This document shows positions 1 through 15,154 of a DNA stretch of 64,000 nucleotides, piece after piece; positions within the stretch are counted from its first letter, which is position 1, and every line of letters starts with the position of its first letter. Source of the DNA: Gracilinanus agilis (taxonomy: Eukaryota). The notes under the pieces were generated by a model that was not told the DNA's origin, did not search any database, and saw only the letters and a list, made by a program, of their open reading frames with translations. The stretch is from positions 27,770,992-27,834,991 of the forward strand of contig NC_058131.1 in NCBI RefSeq assembly GCF_016433145.1, given 5' to 3'. Both the position numbers and the translations under genes were made by a program.

Positions 1-562
1 CTATGAAGAATCCATCATCTTCCCTTAAAAAAATGTTCACTCACTCATCTATTTCCAGACCAGCAGGACTGTGTATGTTGGGAGCATGCATGTGATAATA
101 TGATGTGGGGTATCATGGTTAAAGTAAACAGAAAGAGATGCTCTGCCCCATGGGGAAATGTGAATGTGACCCTGGATCATCCCTGGCATGATGTCTTCTT
201 TGTTCTGATTCCACATAATATCTGGTCTAACCTGGAGTTCATGTAGGATCCAACGTTTGCCCTCCTACAACACAGAACCTCCTCATGAATAAGCTTTCCC
301 TAATAAAATCTATTTGATTCTGATGCGGAACAGGCCCCTTTTTCTTTGGCATCACAATAACTTCTCATGAAGATGGGAGGGTCCCTCAGGATAGGTATAA
401 TCAAACAGAACCACCCAAAACTCATTGTAGACTTCTCCCACTCACCATCATTTTTTCAGGGATCATTCTTGATGGATCCTCAATGAAATAATCAAGGGTT
501 CATTTTAGTACCTTGAGATGTCCTTAATCCAAGACTGGAGATTTGAGTTTATTGAGGATACC
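1..562 (-). mobile_element. Ancient CR1/L3 LINE, RT region (3' portion of the element split by the ATG5 retrocopy)
   Basis: Minus-strand remnants LNKLKSPVLD*GHLKVL and GIRTKKTSCQG resemble the CR1 RT motifs KSPGPDxLHPRVL and GFxKxRSCxTN. Paralogous copies at ~38560-39150 and ~52350-52948. Confidence 0.6.
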
Positions 563-1623
563 TGTTATCATGAAATAAGGTAAATAATCTGAGCAGGTCA
601 AAGAAACGCAGTTTGGGTCAAAGGAATGATAAAGCGGATATTAGGGGATTATAAAGTGATTGGGGGAGGAACGAAGGAATGGGAAGGTATTTAGGAGATA
701 AAGGAAATGGGGTATGTAGGAGAGGCAGCTCAAACAGGTTTATTCCCAGAGGCTTGAGACAGGATACAGGGAGGAAACCAGGGCCAGCAAGAAATGTTAG
801 GTTTGGCTGGAGAGTTTCTCTTGTTAGTTTCAAAGTCTCTTTTGGGAGGGGTCGAGGAGGCTCCTCCCTGCCAGTCAAACTGATGCTGGAGGAAGTCTGG
901 GGGAGGTACTTCCTGCCAAGATGAATGCCCGAGTTTTCTTAAGAAATAAAAGAAAAATGATCCCTTCCCCTTGAGCCCTTGTCTTAATTTTGGACACAAT
1001 GACTCACCTCAGGGTTTGAACAGGTAACAAGGGGATTTATTCATACCAGGGTCAGTCAGGAGGGGGGAGGGGTTCAGGGTTTTCTAACTGCTGCTAGGGA
1101 GAAGGTGAGGGTGGGGGATGGGTCGTGGAGAGGTTAGACAGAGAGTCCGGCTCTCCCAGTCAGGAAGATTTGACTGCCTTTTAAGTAAGTCTTTATCAAA
1201 CTTAGGGGTAACTTATTTGAGGATACTCCAATTATGTAAAAAAAAAAAACTAAAATCACTATGTTCAATCACCAAGCCCTCCCTTCCAACCAGAACCCAA
1301 AGGAAAATCAGGGAAGGGGAGGGATGGAGATGGGAGATCAGGGAGAGGTCCAGAGAAATGAGATAGGTCCAAATTTCCCCAAAACAAAATAAGCACAGGC
1401 CAAAGCCGAAGCAATTAGGCCAAAGCCGAAAGGCCAAAGCAAAAGCCTCCAGCCACAGCGAAAGCCAGAAGGCAAAAGCCCCGTCCGTCCGTCCGTTGGA
1501 ACTTCACCTCTATTTATAGCTTTAAGTTCTGACTTTCTGAACATTCTAAGATGTTTAACTGACTTTTTTTGACTGTTAGAAATTACAGAAGCAAAAAGTT
1601 TCTGTTAGCCACCTTGCATTACA
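563..1623 (-). mobile_element. Solo LTR, 4-bp TSD TACC
   Basis: TG..CA termini (TGTTATC..GCATTACA on +), TACC at 559-562 and 1624-1627; empty sites in other units (~39135, ~52935); TATA-like (~1510) and AATAAA (~1035) on the - strand. Confidence 0.85.
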
Positions 1624-1648
1624 TACCTGAAATGTCTCTAGTCAACTT

Positions 1649-4158
<2,510 letters not shown>

Positions 4159-4551
4159 CTCTAGTCAACTTATTACATGGGATTCAACATTTTGTTGACC
4201 ACTTCCATGCTTTATCTCTATGTTCTAAAACCATTTTTCCTGGGAGACACAACAGAAGTATTTTCATATTATTTGAAGTTAGAATTATGTAAAAAAAAGG
4301 ACACAGTCTAAGCCATTACAAATCTGCAGTGCACATCTGAACTATGTGAGTACTTCACAGGATTCTTTATTCACATTGATTGGGATCTAACTGTATTTCT
4401 GTCTTGTAATATTACTCCATTCGCTCTAAGAAGTGGTCCTCCTCTTTGAGCTTTCTCTTGTTTCAAATGTAGCTTTACAAAGCACAAAGCTGTTCATGAT
4501 TGTCCTGTAAAAAATAAAAAGGTGGTTTGGCCAAAGTTGTAATCATATATA

Positions 4552-4572
4552 ATGAGAGAGAGAGAGAGAAGA

Positions 4573-4637
<65 letters not shown>
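4552..4637. repeat. (GA)n microsatellite
   Basis: Direct reading; much shorter in the paralog at ~26830. Confidence 0.95.
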
Positions 4638-4640
<3 letters not shown>

Positions 4641-4812
4641 AGACAAGAAGAGAGAAGCCCATTGTGGTCATCTCCATGTTACACTTCCACTTGCCCAGCA
4701 TCATCCCAGGAAGTCAGTCTTTTCCAGAACAGAAGTAAAAAAAGCTCTCTCCTTCCAACACTCAAATTTTAAACCCCACTAGCTCATCTCTCCTTGCTGG
4801 ACATTGCATTTT

Positions 4813-4989
4813 TTTAAACCCTTGACTTCTTTGTATTGACTTATAGGTGGAAGATTGGTAAGGGTAGGCAATGGGGGTCAAGTGACTTGCCCAGGGTCAC
4901 ACAGCTGGGAAGTGTCTGAGGCCAGATTTGAACCTAGGACCTCCTGTCTCTAGGCCTGGCTCTCAATCCACTGAGCTACCCAGCTGCCC
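4813..4989 (-). mobile_element. Opossum-type tRNA-derived SINE (SINE1_Mdo-like), 16-bp TSD
   Basis: CTGGACATTGCATTTT at 4797-4812 and 4990-5005; absent from the paralogous unit (~27025). Confidence 0.88.
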
Positions 4990-5919
4990 CTGGACATTGC
5001 ATTTTGATGCTCACAGTGACATACCTGGATATCATATTAGATATGGCATTACTCTCAACATCCATCAATAGGGTGCCTAAGGATGATGGTATTTTACTTC
5101 ACAGGGTCCCAAGAATATGTCTAAGCTTAGCCACCCTAAAATAATTCTTAGATGTCATTAATACTTTTTTTTTCTATTCATAATTAGTTATCATATTCAT
5201 TCATCTTTTATAAATGTCTTTGGAAAAGCTAATTTTGTAGTTGAACATCCTGAGTGGCAACATTAATATTTCAAACAGCTTCTCTCCTTTTCTTTTTTTA
5301 ATCAATATTGCTTGTATTTGTTCTAGAGTACATGGCATCTGTCTTGATTGAAATTCCCTAGTAGAATTGGTGGCCTTGAGATGCTATGTGTTGTTTCTCT
5401 TAAATCATTGACATTCATTCTTTCAAAATCTATGGTACAATCTGAAATGCCAAATTTTCATTTCTTTATCGATCATAAACTCTATGAAAATGTTGTTACT
5501 ACCTCTCATTATTCTCATCAATTCTTCATCAACAATCAGTTTCTCCTCATCATTCTAGTCAGAATAGGGGACTTAGAAGAGGTTCCTTTGACCTTTTAAA
5601 GAAGTTATTAGTAAGGCAAATTTTCTCATCTGTTATGATTTTGGAAGAAGGATGTCCAATATCCTGAAAATGCTCCCATCAATAGCATATTGTGATGTTG
5701 TGTCATATTTATAATCTATTTCCCAAACACAATATCTATTTCCTGTTTCCAACTCTGTGATCTGCGGTATAGTCCCACTATAGTTTTGCCTGTGATTCTC
5801 TTTCCATTGGTCATTAATCAAATGCTCCCAAGTTTGCTCCAAATTGTAAATTTATCGTAAGATTTCACCTTCTAAGTTTTCAGGGCTATACTATCACTTC
5901 TTTTATCTATTTTTTCTTT

Positions 5920-6082
5920 TTTTTTTTTAAATTTTAAACCCTTAACTTCTGGGTATTGATTTTTATAGGTGGAAGATTGGTAAGGGTAGGCAATGGGGGT
6001 CAAGTGACTTGCCCAGGGTCACACAGCTGGGAAGTGTCTGAGGCCGGATTTGAACCTAGGACCTCCTGTCTCTAGGCCTGGC
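5920..6082 (-). mobile_element. SINE1_Mdo-like, 5' truncated
   Basis: Core ..GTGACTTGCCCAGGGTCACACAGCTGGGAAGTGTCTGAGG..; flanking CTATTTTTTCTTTT repeat. Confidence 0.82.
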
Positions 6083-7941
6083 TTTACTATTTTTTCTTTT
6101 TAATTAGATTGGCCTTCCATTAGAGATTCCAAGAATGAATTACATCCCTCAGAGACTCATGGATATCATACTATTTATAAGATTTAGAGCCTATAAAGAA
6201 TTTAGTAATCATCTAGTTCATCCTTATAATGTGATTTATTGTATAAATTGAGACTTCTAAAGAGTAAGCAACTTGCCTAGTATAAATGAGACAATAAGTA
6301 CCAGAGGTAGCATCAGGATAATTATTTCTATTCAAAATCCAACCTTATTTACAAGTGGCTATAAGGTCTTGGTACAATAGGATGGTCCATAGAGGGGCAG
6401 CATAAACAGGGACCTTAGACAAGGAGTCTCTTGCGCTAGGGTTCTGTACCAGAAAGGTAATGAGGGGAGTTTCTAAGTTTTCCCAGGAGTCCACAGAGAT
6501 CAAAACAGATTTTTAGGGGCTGATGGTCCTCTATGAAAATGGTGGTAGCCAGGTTTTTGTCTGGGGGTTGGGAGGGAATGAGCAAGTGATTGTAAGCACA
6601 GGACCAAGGAGAGAGAAGGGGGGCAGAGTGGTGTCTGTGTTGGCAATGCAGCTCTCTTCTGTTGTGAAGGAAGTCCTACTGTGTGACCTCGAGGGTTCTG
6701 TCCCCAGGCTGTTGCCTTGGTCCCTGCTGATAAACAAGCATATAAATGAACTTTAACCAATATCAATTCTCTCTCCACTTGTAGCAGAGTCAAACCTTTG
6801 ACTCAGTGTCAGGTAAGGGAATATAGTAGGAGCAAAGGAATTTTCCTGTCTATAGTTTGGTTGAAAAACTTCTACACAATGGGAGTACAAGGTCCTATGC
6901 CATCCTCCCCACCCCTCCTTCAAATATCTAAGGGAACAGGAGTGATGGTTTCAGTCTTCTGTAGCTTCTTCATAGCTGATAAGGGGTGCAGAATCCCTGG
7001 GAGGAGGAGGGGAGGGCATGGGCATGGGGTCTGCGGGGTCCTGTCCATAGCAAAGGTGTAGGTCTAAAGGCTGGGAGATTTGAAGGGCGTGTCTGGCAAT
7101 CCTATGACAGGGCTGACAGGTCACCAGGGGGAGCATCAGTCTCCAAGGCAGAAGTATGGAAAATGGGCCAGCACCAGATATCTTAGCCAACAGACTCCAT
7201 CTCCTGAAAACATCCTCTGACAGGAATTTACCCTTTTAGGGAATTTGATTCTGGAGTTGTTTGCAGAGTTGACATGTGATGTTTCTGTTAAAGAATATTC
7301 TTTCGGAAAGCCCACATTTACATAGTAACAATATGTCAAAGATGAATTTCTGTACCCCAGATCTTAGAAATCCAGAAAACTTTGGGTTATTTTTCAAAAC
7401 TCAAGAGCCAAACTTTAATTGTGGCAAATCAAGGCTGCATATACAAGCCATTTATTAATAACTCTACCTAGTTCTCAAAGTATGTTCCCTAAAAATTTGA
7501 TAATTTTCAATAATTAACCTAATAGGTTGTTTGGGGAAATGGAAACCTGTATTCTTATTCAATTTGCCTTATGTGCTGAGTATGGGAATTTATCACAAAA
7601 GAGAAGGCAGACAGGGAAAACATTTCCTCACATCCCAAGGGACACATAGTGAGGGGCTTCACACCGTGGCTGGCTCATGGCATTGTTGTCTCATTCAAGG
7701 TTTAGCAGCCCAGATGGTCAGAAAAGTTCAATCCAACTTCAGCCCTCGAATCACTTCTCTAACCATCATAGGTCATTCTGTCTTATTTGTAGTTCATCAC
7801 CATTGGATCTCAGAAGCCTTCTTTTCCCTTAAAGACAAGTCTTTCCCATTACAGCTCAGAGAAATTCTACTTATCAGCAGTCTAGAAACAATTTTTCATA
7901 CTCTCAAACAAGCCTTTCACATCCCTACAAGGCTGATCACT

Positions 7942-7944
<3 letters not shown>

Positions 7945-7993
<49 letters not shown>
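7945..7993. repeat. (CA)n microsatellite
   Basis: Direct reading. Confidence 0.95.
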
Positions 7994-7996
<3 letters not shown>

Positions 7997-8239
7997 TTTG
8001 GTAATAAGGAACACAAGTGCTTAATTGAGTAGCTCCATAGTAAATATAAATAAGGGCTGTATCATCTCCTGGATCTAGGCCTAAGACAAGACCAAACAGG
8101 AATCTTTTCAGGGTAACCTTCCAGAGAAATTCCAGAAGCATTTGTGATTGATTTTTCCAAAACCACATAAATCAATTTTAGAAATATCCCTAGGTCAAAG
8201 ATCCAATTATAAAAGCAGCATTTCTATCTGTTCTGTTTC

Positions 8240-8243
<4 letters not shown>

Positions 8244-8317
<74 letters not shown>
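8244..8317. repeat. (CT)n microsatellite
   Basis: Direct reading. Confidence 0.95.
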
Positions 8318-8319
<2 letters not shown>

Positions 8320-10329
8320 CAAACCTGCATAAGCAAGTTTTATGGACCCCAGATCAAAGGTCCTCCTTCTTCCACATTCAAACACAACATACTCCTTCAC
8401 CTTCTTTGATTTGCTTTTACCATCATAAAAATGAACATTCCATTTCGTATAAATACTGTGTCTCTAGTATAGTGCTCATCAGTTATAAATTTTAGGTCAT
8501 ATTAGCAGTAATTCCCATAACAGTCATAAAATTGTGAGCAAGTGTTGTTCATCCATATGCCATTTTTAAAATCCTGCCTGTTTCTGGTCTACTATATGCA
8601 ATATATATGTTAAAACAGGTCAATATTGAATGAAAATATCAACTAATATCTGGGGGTCTCTCAAGTTACATTCTCAAGATTTGTGTGAGGCAACTCATCA
8701 ATTATATATTACTCAACACATTTTATAATTTTGGACATGGAAAGTTTGCATTAAGATTCCATAGCTTCAAACAAGCCATCTGGTGGACACAGCTGGCAAT
8801 TTTACTTCTTTGAACAGCTCCTTAAAATATTCAAATTATACAATTAAAAGATGCTTATCTGTTGTCAACTCTGAGGACATACTCATGTCCTTTGTTGGTA
8901 TTTCAGTTCCTAAATATCATTGTGGGACAATTATAAATACTATGTTCTCCTTCCTGGCTGAAGACGGGGCTAAATTATTTTTGAAACACATCCAAGTCCA
9001 AAGCAGTTTTTCTGAGGGCTGCATGGCTTGATATCTTTCCATGCCCTTTAACTCTTTAGTTACTATACTCATAAAATTTGCATGATTATTTTAAAAACCT
9101 GATAATCACTTGAAATTGGATATTAATTAAAAACTTCACAACTTCCAAAATAACTTTGATTAAAATCCCTTAACAATGTTTCCTACACACCAATTTTCCT
9201 TACAAACCTCTGCTCAAAAAAGAATAAAACTGCTAGTCTTGCCTCTTTATATCTTAGGACAATTCTACATACCTGATTAAATATTTCTTTCATATTCTGA
9301 ACTACCATTCTTATATCTTATATCCATTAACTATCTCACACATCATCTGGCTTCTCCTCTTAACTTTTAGTATAAATAGAGGGAGAGGTGACTACTATTA
9401 ACTTATATTAATAATCTACTACCAAGTCCTATTTGATTTCAGGACTGGTAAAATTTCCTTTGTGAATTAATTATATACAATTTGCATAAAAATTAATTTT
9501 CTATCCAGCATACATTTATACAATTTGTATACACCCAATATAGCATTGTAACAAACTATATGTGAGTACTTGCTAATCCTTTCAATTCATACCACATATT
9601 TTAAAAATAATTTATAAATCCTAATCAAGTACAACTCTGTATAGTCCAAATACCAAATTCTAAATACCTGTGTAAATTCACCTTACAGATCACCAAATTT
9701 AAACTCCTAAAATGTCAATGCTATTAGGTAATCAATTGTTGCTATTTTTAGACAATACAGGAAATAAAGCAACATTTCTTTTTATAAAAAATCCAAAATT
9801 AAATCTTAGAAAACATTCTCCACAATTCACTACAACCTTATCCTAATTGGAATTTATATTTATCTAGATCTTATGAAAACAATTTAGCCAGAATAGCGTT
9901 TTGCCTTTGAAAAATAAAATTCCTTCTAGGCTACAAGCTGGCTATAAATCACCTTCAAACAGTTCTCAAATTCACATTACAAAACAAAGTTGTAACCAGG
10001 AGTTTCTGTGCTCAATAAAATCTGGCTAACATTTCACCTTAACTGACAAACAATTATCACAATAAATGAAATTAAATCATAGCATACAACCATCCTTAAA
10101 TTTAATCTTAAGTGAAATATATCTCAAATTTTGGAGTAAAATCTCCCTTTTTCTGATCTGAATTTTTCTCCTTCCCCCTTGGGGGCCCATCCAAAGAAGA
10201 AAGAAGAAAATCCATTAAAGAGATATTTGCTTATATCCTCTGCTGAGGATTTTTGACTGTGGGAAGGAACTTTTAAATCCCTCCTACTCAGATTTTCTCT
10301 CTTTGCTTAGAAATTTTAATATCATTTCT

Positions 10330-11118
10330 GCTATGCAAAATGGAAAGCAGGATGATTGACACTCAGTAGTTTAGAATTTGGAGCCACCAAGTTTGCCATG
10401 AGCCAGCAAGGGACAGACAATTGAGGGCTGACTATATATAAAGCTGAAATTTGAACAAGAAGCGCTCTCAATTTGGAGAAGGGGATTTCTGGTGGGAGGT
10501 TGGTTGGGATCTTGGGTAGGCCAAATCAATCCAGGATACCTGCATTCACTATCACATCCTCACCTGCTGTGTGAAGCTGTGCTGTATATCCTAGTCGATT
10601 GATCATCAAGGAAGAAGCAACATCAATTCCATAAAATAATCTGGTTCAAGTCAAGCAGCCTGGCTAGCCAGGTTGCAACTGAGGAGATGAATCTCTCCAG
10701 CTGATAAGCTCAACCTGATTACCTTCAATTGACAACACCTGATCTTTAGTAATTTAGATAAGCTTTCCTTCACCCCTCTTTCCCTTAGTCCAGTGGTTTC
10801 CAAACTCTTTTGGCCTCCCGCCCCCTTTCCAGAAAAAATATGACTTATCCCCCTGGAAATTAATTTTTTAAAATTTTAATAGCAATTAATAGGAAAGATA
10901 AATGCACCTGCGTCCATCACCACCTCCCTGGATCACTGCAGCACCCAGCAGGGGGCGGTGGCGCCCACTTTGGGAATCACTGCCCTTAGTACCTATTACC
11001 CTTTCCCTAAGTTTATTGTTATTAATTTCTAAACTTACTTAGGTGATTGTCATCATTACCTTAAGGATCAATAACATAGCCTTGGGAATCTGAGGGAAGA
11101 GGGATTACCCAAATTACA
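10330..11118 (+). mobile_element. LTR-like segment nested in the ERV (left end uncertain)
   Basis: TATATATAAAG at ~10433, ends ..AAATTACA; no TSD confirmed. Confidence 0.3.
10791..10982. mobile_element. Non-autonomous hAT MITE
   Basis: TIRs CAGTGGTTTCCAAA / TTTGGGAATCACTG; 8-bp repeat CCCTTAGT at 10782-10789 and 10983-10990. Confidence 0.8.
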
Positions 11119-13325
11119 GTTAAGTCAAGGTCAATAGCATCATCCATCAGCTTTGAAGCCAGGATAAGCAATCACAGAAGTTGTGTGATCCAACCCACAG
11201 CCTCTTTATTTGATCACTTATTCCTGGGACGCTGTTATGTTGGGGCTGGATGTTTAGTTTAGCTACAAATATTCCTGTGGTGTTCATCTAGGGATTCCAC
11301 TCTCACTCAGCTTCAGGCGCTCATATCATCAGAGGACCTTGGGCCATCTTATCATCAATATTACAGTCCCATCTCAGCAACATAACAAAACCTGCTGCTG
11401 GAACAAGCACAGCTTTTCCAAGAATGACCATAAATCTGCACCCATCCCAGGTCCTACCTGACATAAGGGCAGTTGGGAGGTCATGACTGTTTTCTTTTCA
11501 GGCTGATTTATGGCCATTTTTCCTTGAGCCTGACTGAAATCCTGGGTATAAGGATAAGGGGTGCCCTGCCCAGTATGAAACAGGCTAGTTGTGGAAGGGG
11601 CCCCTGTTGGGAGGAGGGGTACAGAGGGCTTAATGGGGGTGCCAATGGTGAACATGGGGATCTGGAGAAGAGGATGGGGAGGGTGGGGAGGATGCGGGGT
11701 ATAGGTTCCCCATTGACATAGGGGGTTGGCTCTTTCAGGGTCTCCTTGGAGCACAGGAGGAGGAGGATTGTTCTCCAGGAGACCTGCTCTTATCTCCTCA
11801 GGAGAGTGGGTTGGCTAGCACAGCAGCCTTTGATTTAGTAGCTGAAAAATTTTAAGAATACATATTAGTGGGGTCTGATAGTCCAATGTTGAGGACTGAC
11901 CCATTATAGTAAATCACACAAAGACAAGGTTCCAACAGACATCCACAAGACACACATTAATTACGCACTCATCCACTTGAGCCTTTATAGCGACCTGAAG
12001 TTCCAAGAGACATTTCAATATGGAACCGGGCTGGGGGCTTAATGCTGTGTCCAGTGGCTCACCAGCCTTGACTGGATCCAGATTCTCAGAATAGATCTCT
12101 GGAGTGAAAACAGATCTTTTATGCCAATATCAGCACTCCTAGGCACAGAGCCTCCTAGCTCTGAGAGCGAATACCAGAACAGAGCTCCCAGGTAACAACC
12201 TGGGGAGTGAAAACAGCACTCCCAGAATACCCTTAGAGCAGTACCAGAACTCCAGGTTAACAACACCTTAAGGCAAACTAGATCATAACTCTAGAGCAGA
12301 ACAGATTACCGAACAGATGGCTCCAATAGCTATCAAAATTTGTCCAGGATCTCAAATACCAGAAGCAGGCATGGGCTCCGGAGAAGCCACCATTCACTTT
12401 CTCAGCAAAAAAAAAAAAAAACAAAACAAAACACCCTCAAAGGGGATAAGGGTTTGAGACTCCTTCACAGGCTCCAACTTAGCGAGCCCAGATATCTCTC
12501 CCCAACCCAAGCACACTCGCTCTTTCACAGCAGCCCTCTCCTAAGTCCTTACCTCCCAGTTCTGGTCCTCAAGATCTCGCTGGGGGGCTCCATCTGAAGT
12601 GAGGTACCTCAGATGACAAGTCCAGACACCCAGGAGTTCAATTAATGGAACCAATAATTATTTATTAATCTATTGATTAATAAACATACCTAGCTGGCCA
12701 GGACAACCTTCCTAGTGAAGGCTGCCCCGAACTGAAATGAAAATGCAGTTTTTAAAGGGTTCAAGATACAAAGAAAATGTTCATAAATGATATATAACCT
12801 TGAGGAACCAGCAGGAACCCTTATCGTTGTCTGGAAGTTATTTTTGCTCAGTAGAGTGGGCTTTGGGACTTCCCCTGTATATCTTATCCTGGACTGTGAA
12901 GTAGTAAAGGGAGTCACCTTCTCATGGATCTTGACTGAGACAACCTTCACAGAAAAAGCTCATTTCTGATTTTTACTTTTCCCCGGGGAAAAATAGGTTT
13001 TGCTGGACAATGACTTAGTTTACCTCACTTCTAGTGCTTGGCACAAGGTAGATACTATATAAATGTTTATTTCTTTCTCTTTCTTTTCTTTTCCCTTTTT
13101 CTTCCTCCCTGTGTCCTCCTTCATCCTAGAAGCTTCCTGAGTCTGTTTCCCTTCCCATTAGCCCAGAGAGTGCAAATTATGTCTCTTATATTAGACTCAG
13201 AGCTTTTAGATGGATGAAACCTGGGTCCTGAAACCATACTGGTAGCCAAGAGCTGCTGGAGGACTTGTTTTCCTACACAGCTCCATAATCTCTATCTGCT
13301 CCTCCTCTCAGTTCCCTAGACTCAC

Positions 13326-13409
13326 CTGTCTAAGTCTTCCTTAGAGCTAACATGCTAGGATAAGCAGCCAGGACAGGAGCGATCCTTTCCACATTTTCTA
13401 ACTCTCCAT
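13326..13409 (-). pseudogene. Decayed leader exon of an inverted, divergent paralog of the array genes
   Basis: Minus strand gives MES*KMWKGSLLSWLLILA/LALRKT*T followed by G|GTGAGTCTAG, versus MECQRSWRWLFLAGIFIMEVFALRKTQA followed by G|GTAAGTCTAG (gene 2). 84 nt vs 85 nt, two stops, one frameshift. Flanking promoter and intron motifs also align. Confidence 0.75.
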
Positions 13410-13610
13410 CTTGTTTACCAGAAGGCTCTGGGAATTGTTTTTTTTTTTTTTAAATACAAAGGAGTTTGTGGAAGCAACAGTTCCTCAATCATTTTCTCCA
13501 GGGAAAGTCTAAAAGGGAAATAAGGTCCCTCCCTGTACACACAATGTCTCCTATGCCTCACTCTCATCCCTTTTAGAATTCTTTCTGCCAAGGTACTGTT
13601 CTTTTAACAT

Positions 13611-13817
13611 TGTTACTATTTGGTTGAGTTGTGTACAACTCTTTAGGACCCCATTTGGGGTTTTCTTGGCAAAGATACTGGAGGGGTTTGTCATTTTCTT
13701 TTCCAGCTCACTTTACAGATAAGGAAACTGAGGCAAATAAGGCCTGAAGACTGATTTGAACTCAGGTCTTCCTAACTAGACCTGATGCTCCATCTCTTGT
13801 GCCATTTGGCTGCCCCT
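13611..13817 (-). mobile_element. MAR1/MIR-type marsupial SINE
   Basis: GACCCCATTTGGGGTTTTCTTGGCAAAGATACTGG and ACAGATAAGGAAACTGAGGC cores. Confidence 0.75.
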
Positions 13818-14029
13818 CTTAGGATTACCGGCTGGCAAATATAATGCTAGGGAGAACCTGTCCCAGAAAAGTAGGCATAAAATTGGAAGGAAAATGGAGA
13901 CTGTCATGAAACTTTTACTGACTCCTTTAGAAACTGTCCATTCTGATTTTTCACAGATACTGAAACATCTGTGGAATCATTGCAGATAGCATTATGGGCA
14001 TGCATTCAAAAAGGCACCTATTGACTTTC

Positions 14030-14430
14030 CAAAGGCCAAACTAAAACTAATTGTCTTTCTCCCCAAATTCTCCCCTCTTCCCACACTTACTATTCCTGCA
14101 GAAAGTGTTCCCATCCTCCCAGACCCCCATCTGGCAGTCTCACTGTCAATCTGGATGCCTTTCTGTCTTTACCTCACATGTTCCATCTGTTTTCAGTTCA
14201 GGTCATTTCTACCTTCTCTATATATCATATGAATCAACTTTTCTCTTCCTTACATCCACAACTCTTGACAGGCCCTTCTCATCTCTCACCTAGTTGATTA
14301 CAATAGCCTTTTCATTCACTCCTCTACCTAAAATCTCTCCCCACTATATTCCACCCTCCATATAACTTCCTAATACAAATTGATTTTCCCTATGCTCAGG
14401 TCTCACTATGTGACTTCTCTGTTTAACAAA
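14030..14430 (+). mobile_element. Ancient L2 fragment (repeated in each unit, e.g. ~43550-43930, ~57780-58150)
   Basis: CATCTCTCACCTAGTTGATTACAATAGCC resembles the L2 ORF2 3' consensus; boundaries approximate. Confidence 0.45.
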
Positions 14431-15154
14431 ATCCTGGACCTTCCTATGATCTAACTAATCAAGACATACAAAATAAACACACACAACAGACAGGAAGCTC
14501 AGATGTGATGATGGACGTATCTGGGGTTATTGTTATTACTGAGTTCGATGAGAAATCTGAGATGGAAGAGATCACTTTCCTGGGAAAGAATGGAGCTCAG
14601 GGAAAGTTTCATGGAGTTGGGGGAAATATATTGGATGGAGATTGAGGATACATGCATTTCAGGTACTTGGATGAGGAAGTGGGATCAAAAGCAGAACAGG
14701 GATGAGTCAGGGTGAGGGAAAGGGAAATAGAATAGTATTAAGTGAAATTGCCATAGAAATCACATTTCAGTAGAATACCACAAAGCCCTCCATTAAGGAA
14801 GGCCTCCAACATCTTAAGTGAAACCTTTGCCATAAAATGATGGAAGGACATGGACAAGAGTCATACAAGATGGTTAGGAATGGACAGGCTAAGATAAAAT
14901 CATTAAAATGATCACCAGAATTGATGAGATCACAAAATAACTTGAATATTTAAGACAGGATCATGCATTTATACATATTCAGTCACAATGATGAGTGACA
15001 GAAGATTTTGGGTTTTGTTTTAATTAGAGGTAGTTTCTTTTTGAACAATCACGTCATCTTTCAGCGCAGTATGAAATGTAAAGGATAATTTTTTTAAATG
15101 ACTCTTTTGGAAGGATTTTCTTTATATTTAAGGTCATGCTGGTAAATATTTATC

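Larger units (their letters stand above)
4172..5905 (-). mobile_element. Ancient CR1/L3 LINE, endonuclease/linker region
   Basis: Degenerate CR1 ORF2 motifs (LTDNFF-KVKEP, EKLIVDEELMRIMRGSNNIFIEFMI; NFERANVNNFRKTIG in the second copy). Second copy at ~26445-27935. Confidence 0.6.
6380..12951 (-). mobile_element. Degenerate endogenous retrovirus: 5' LTR 12595-12951, tRNA-Thr PBS, gag-like and env-like remnants, no 3' LTR seen
   Basis: LTR TGTGAAG..ACTTCA, then a 2-nt spacer and TGGAGCCCCCCAGCGAGAT (12574-12592), close to the complement of the tRNA-Thr(UGU) 3' end. Pro-rich gag-like ORF 11374-11754; ICFDLCGLL env-SU-like motif near 6500. Left boundary inferred from loss of similarity to unit 2. 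Confidence 0.6.

Noticed and set aside
4527-8495. RE-, HT-, CV- and SL-repeat ORFs
   Set aside because: Dinucleotide microsatellite translations.
12977-12992. Perfect 16-bp palindrome TTTTCCCCGGGGAAAA (EBF-like site)
   Set aside because: Single low-complexity occurrence, not conserved in the other units.
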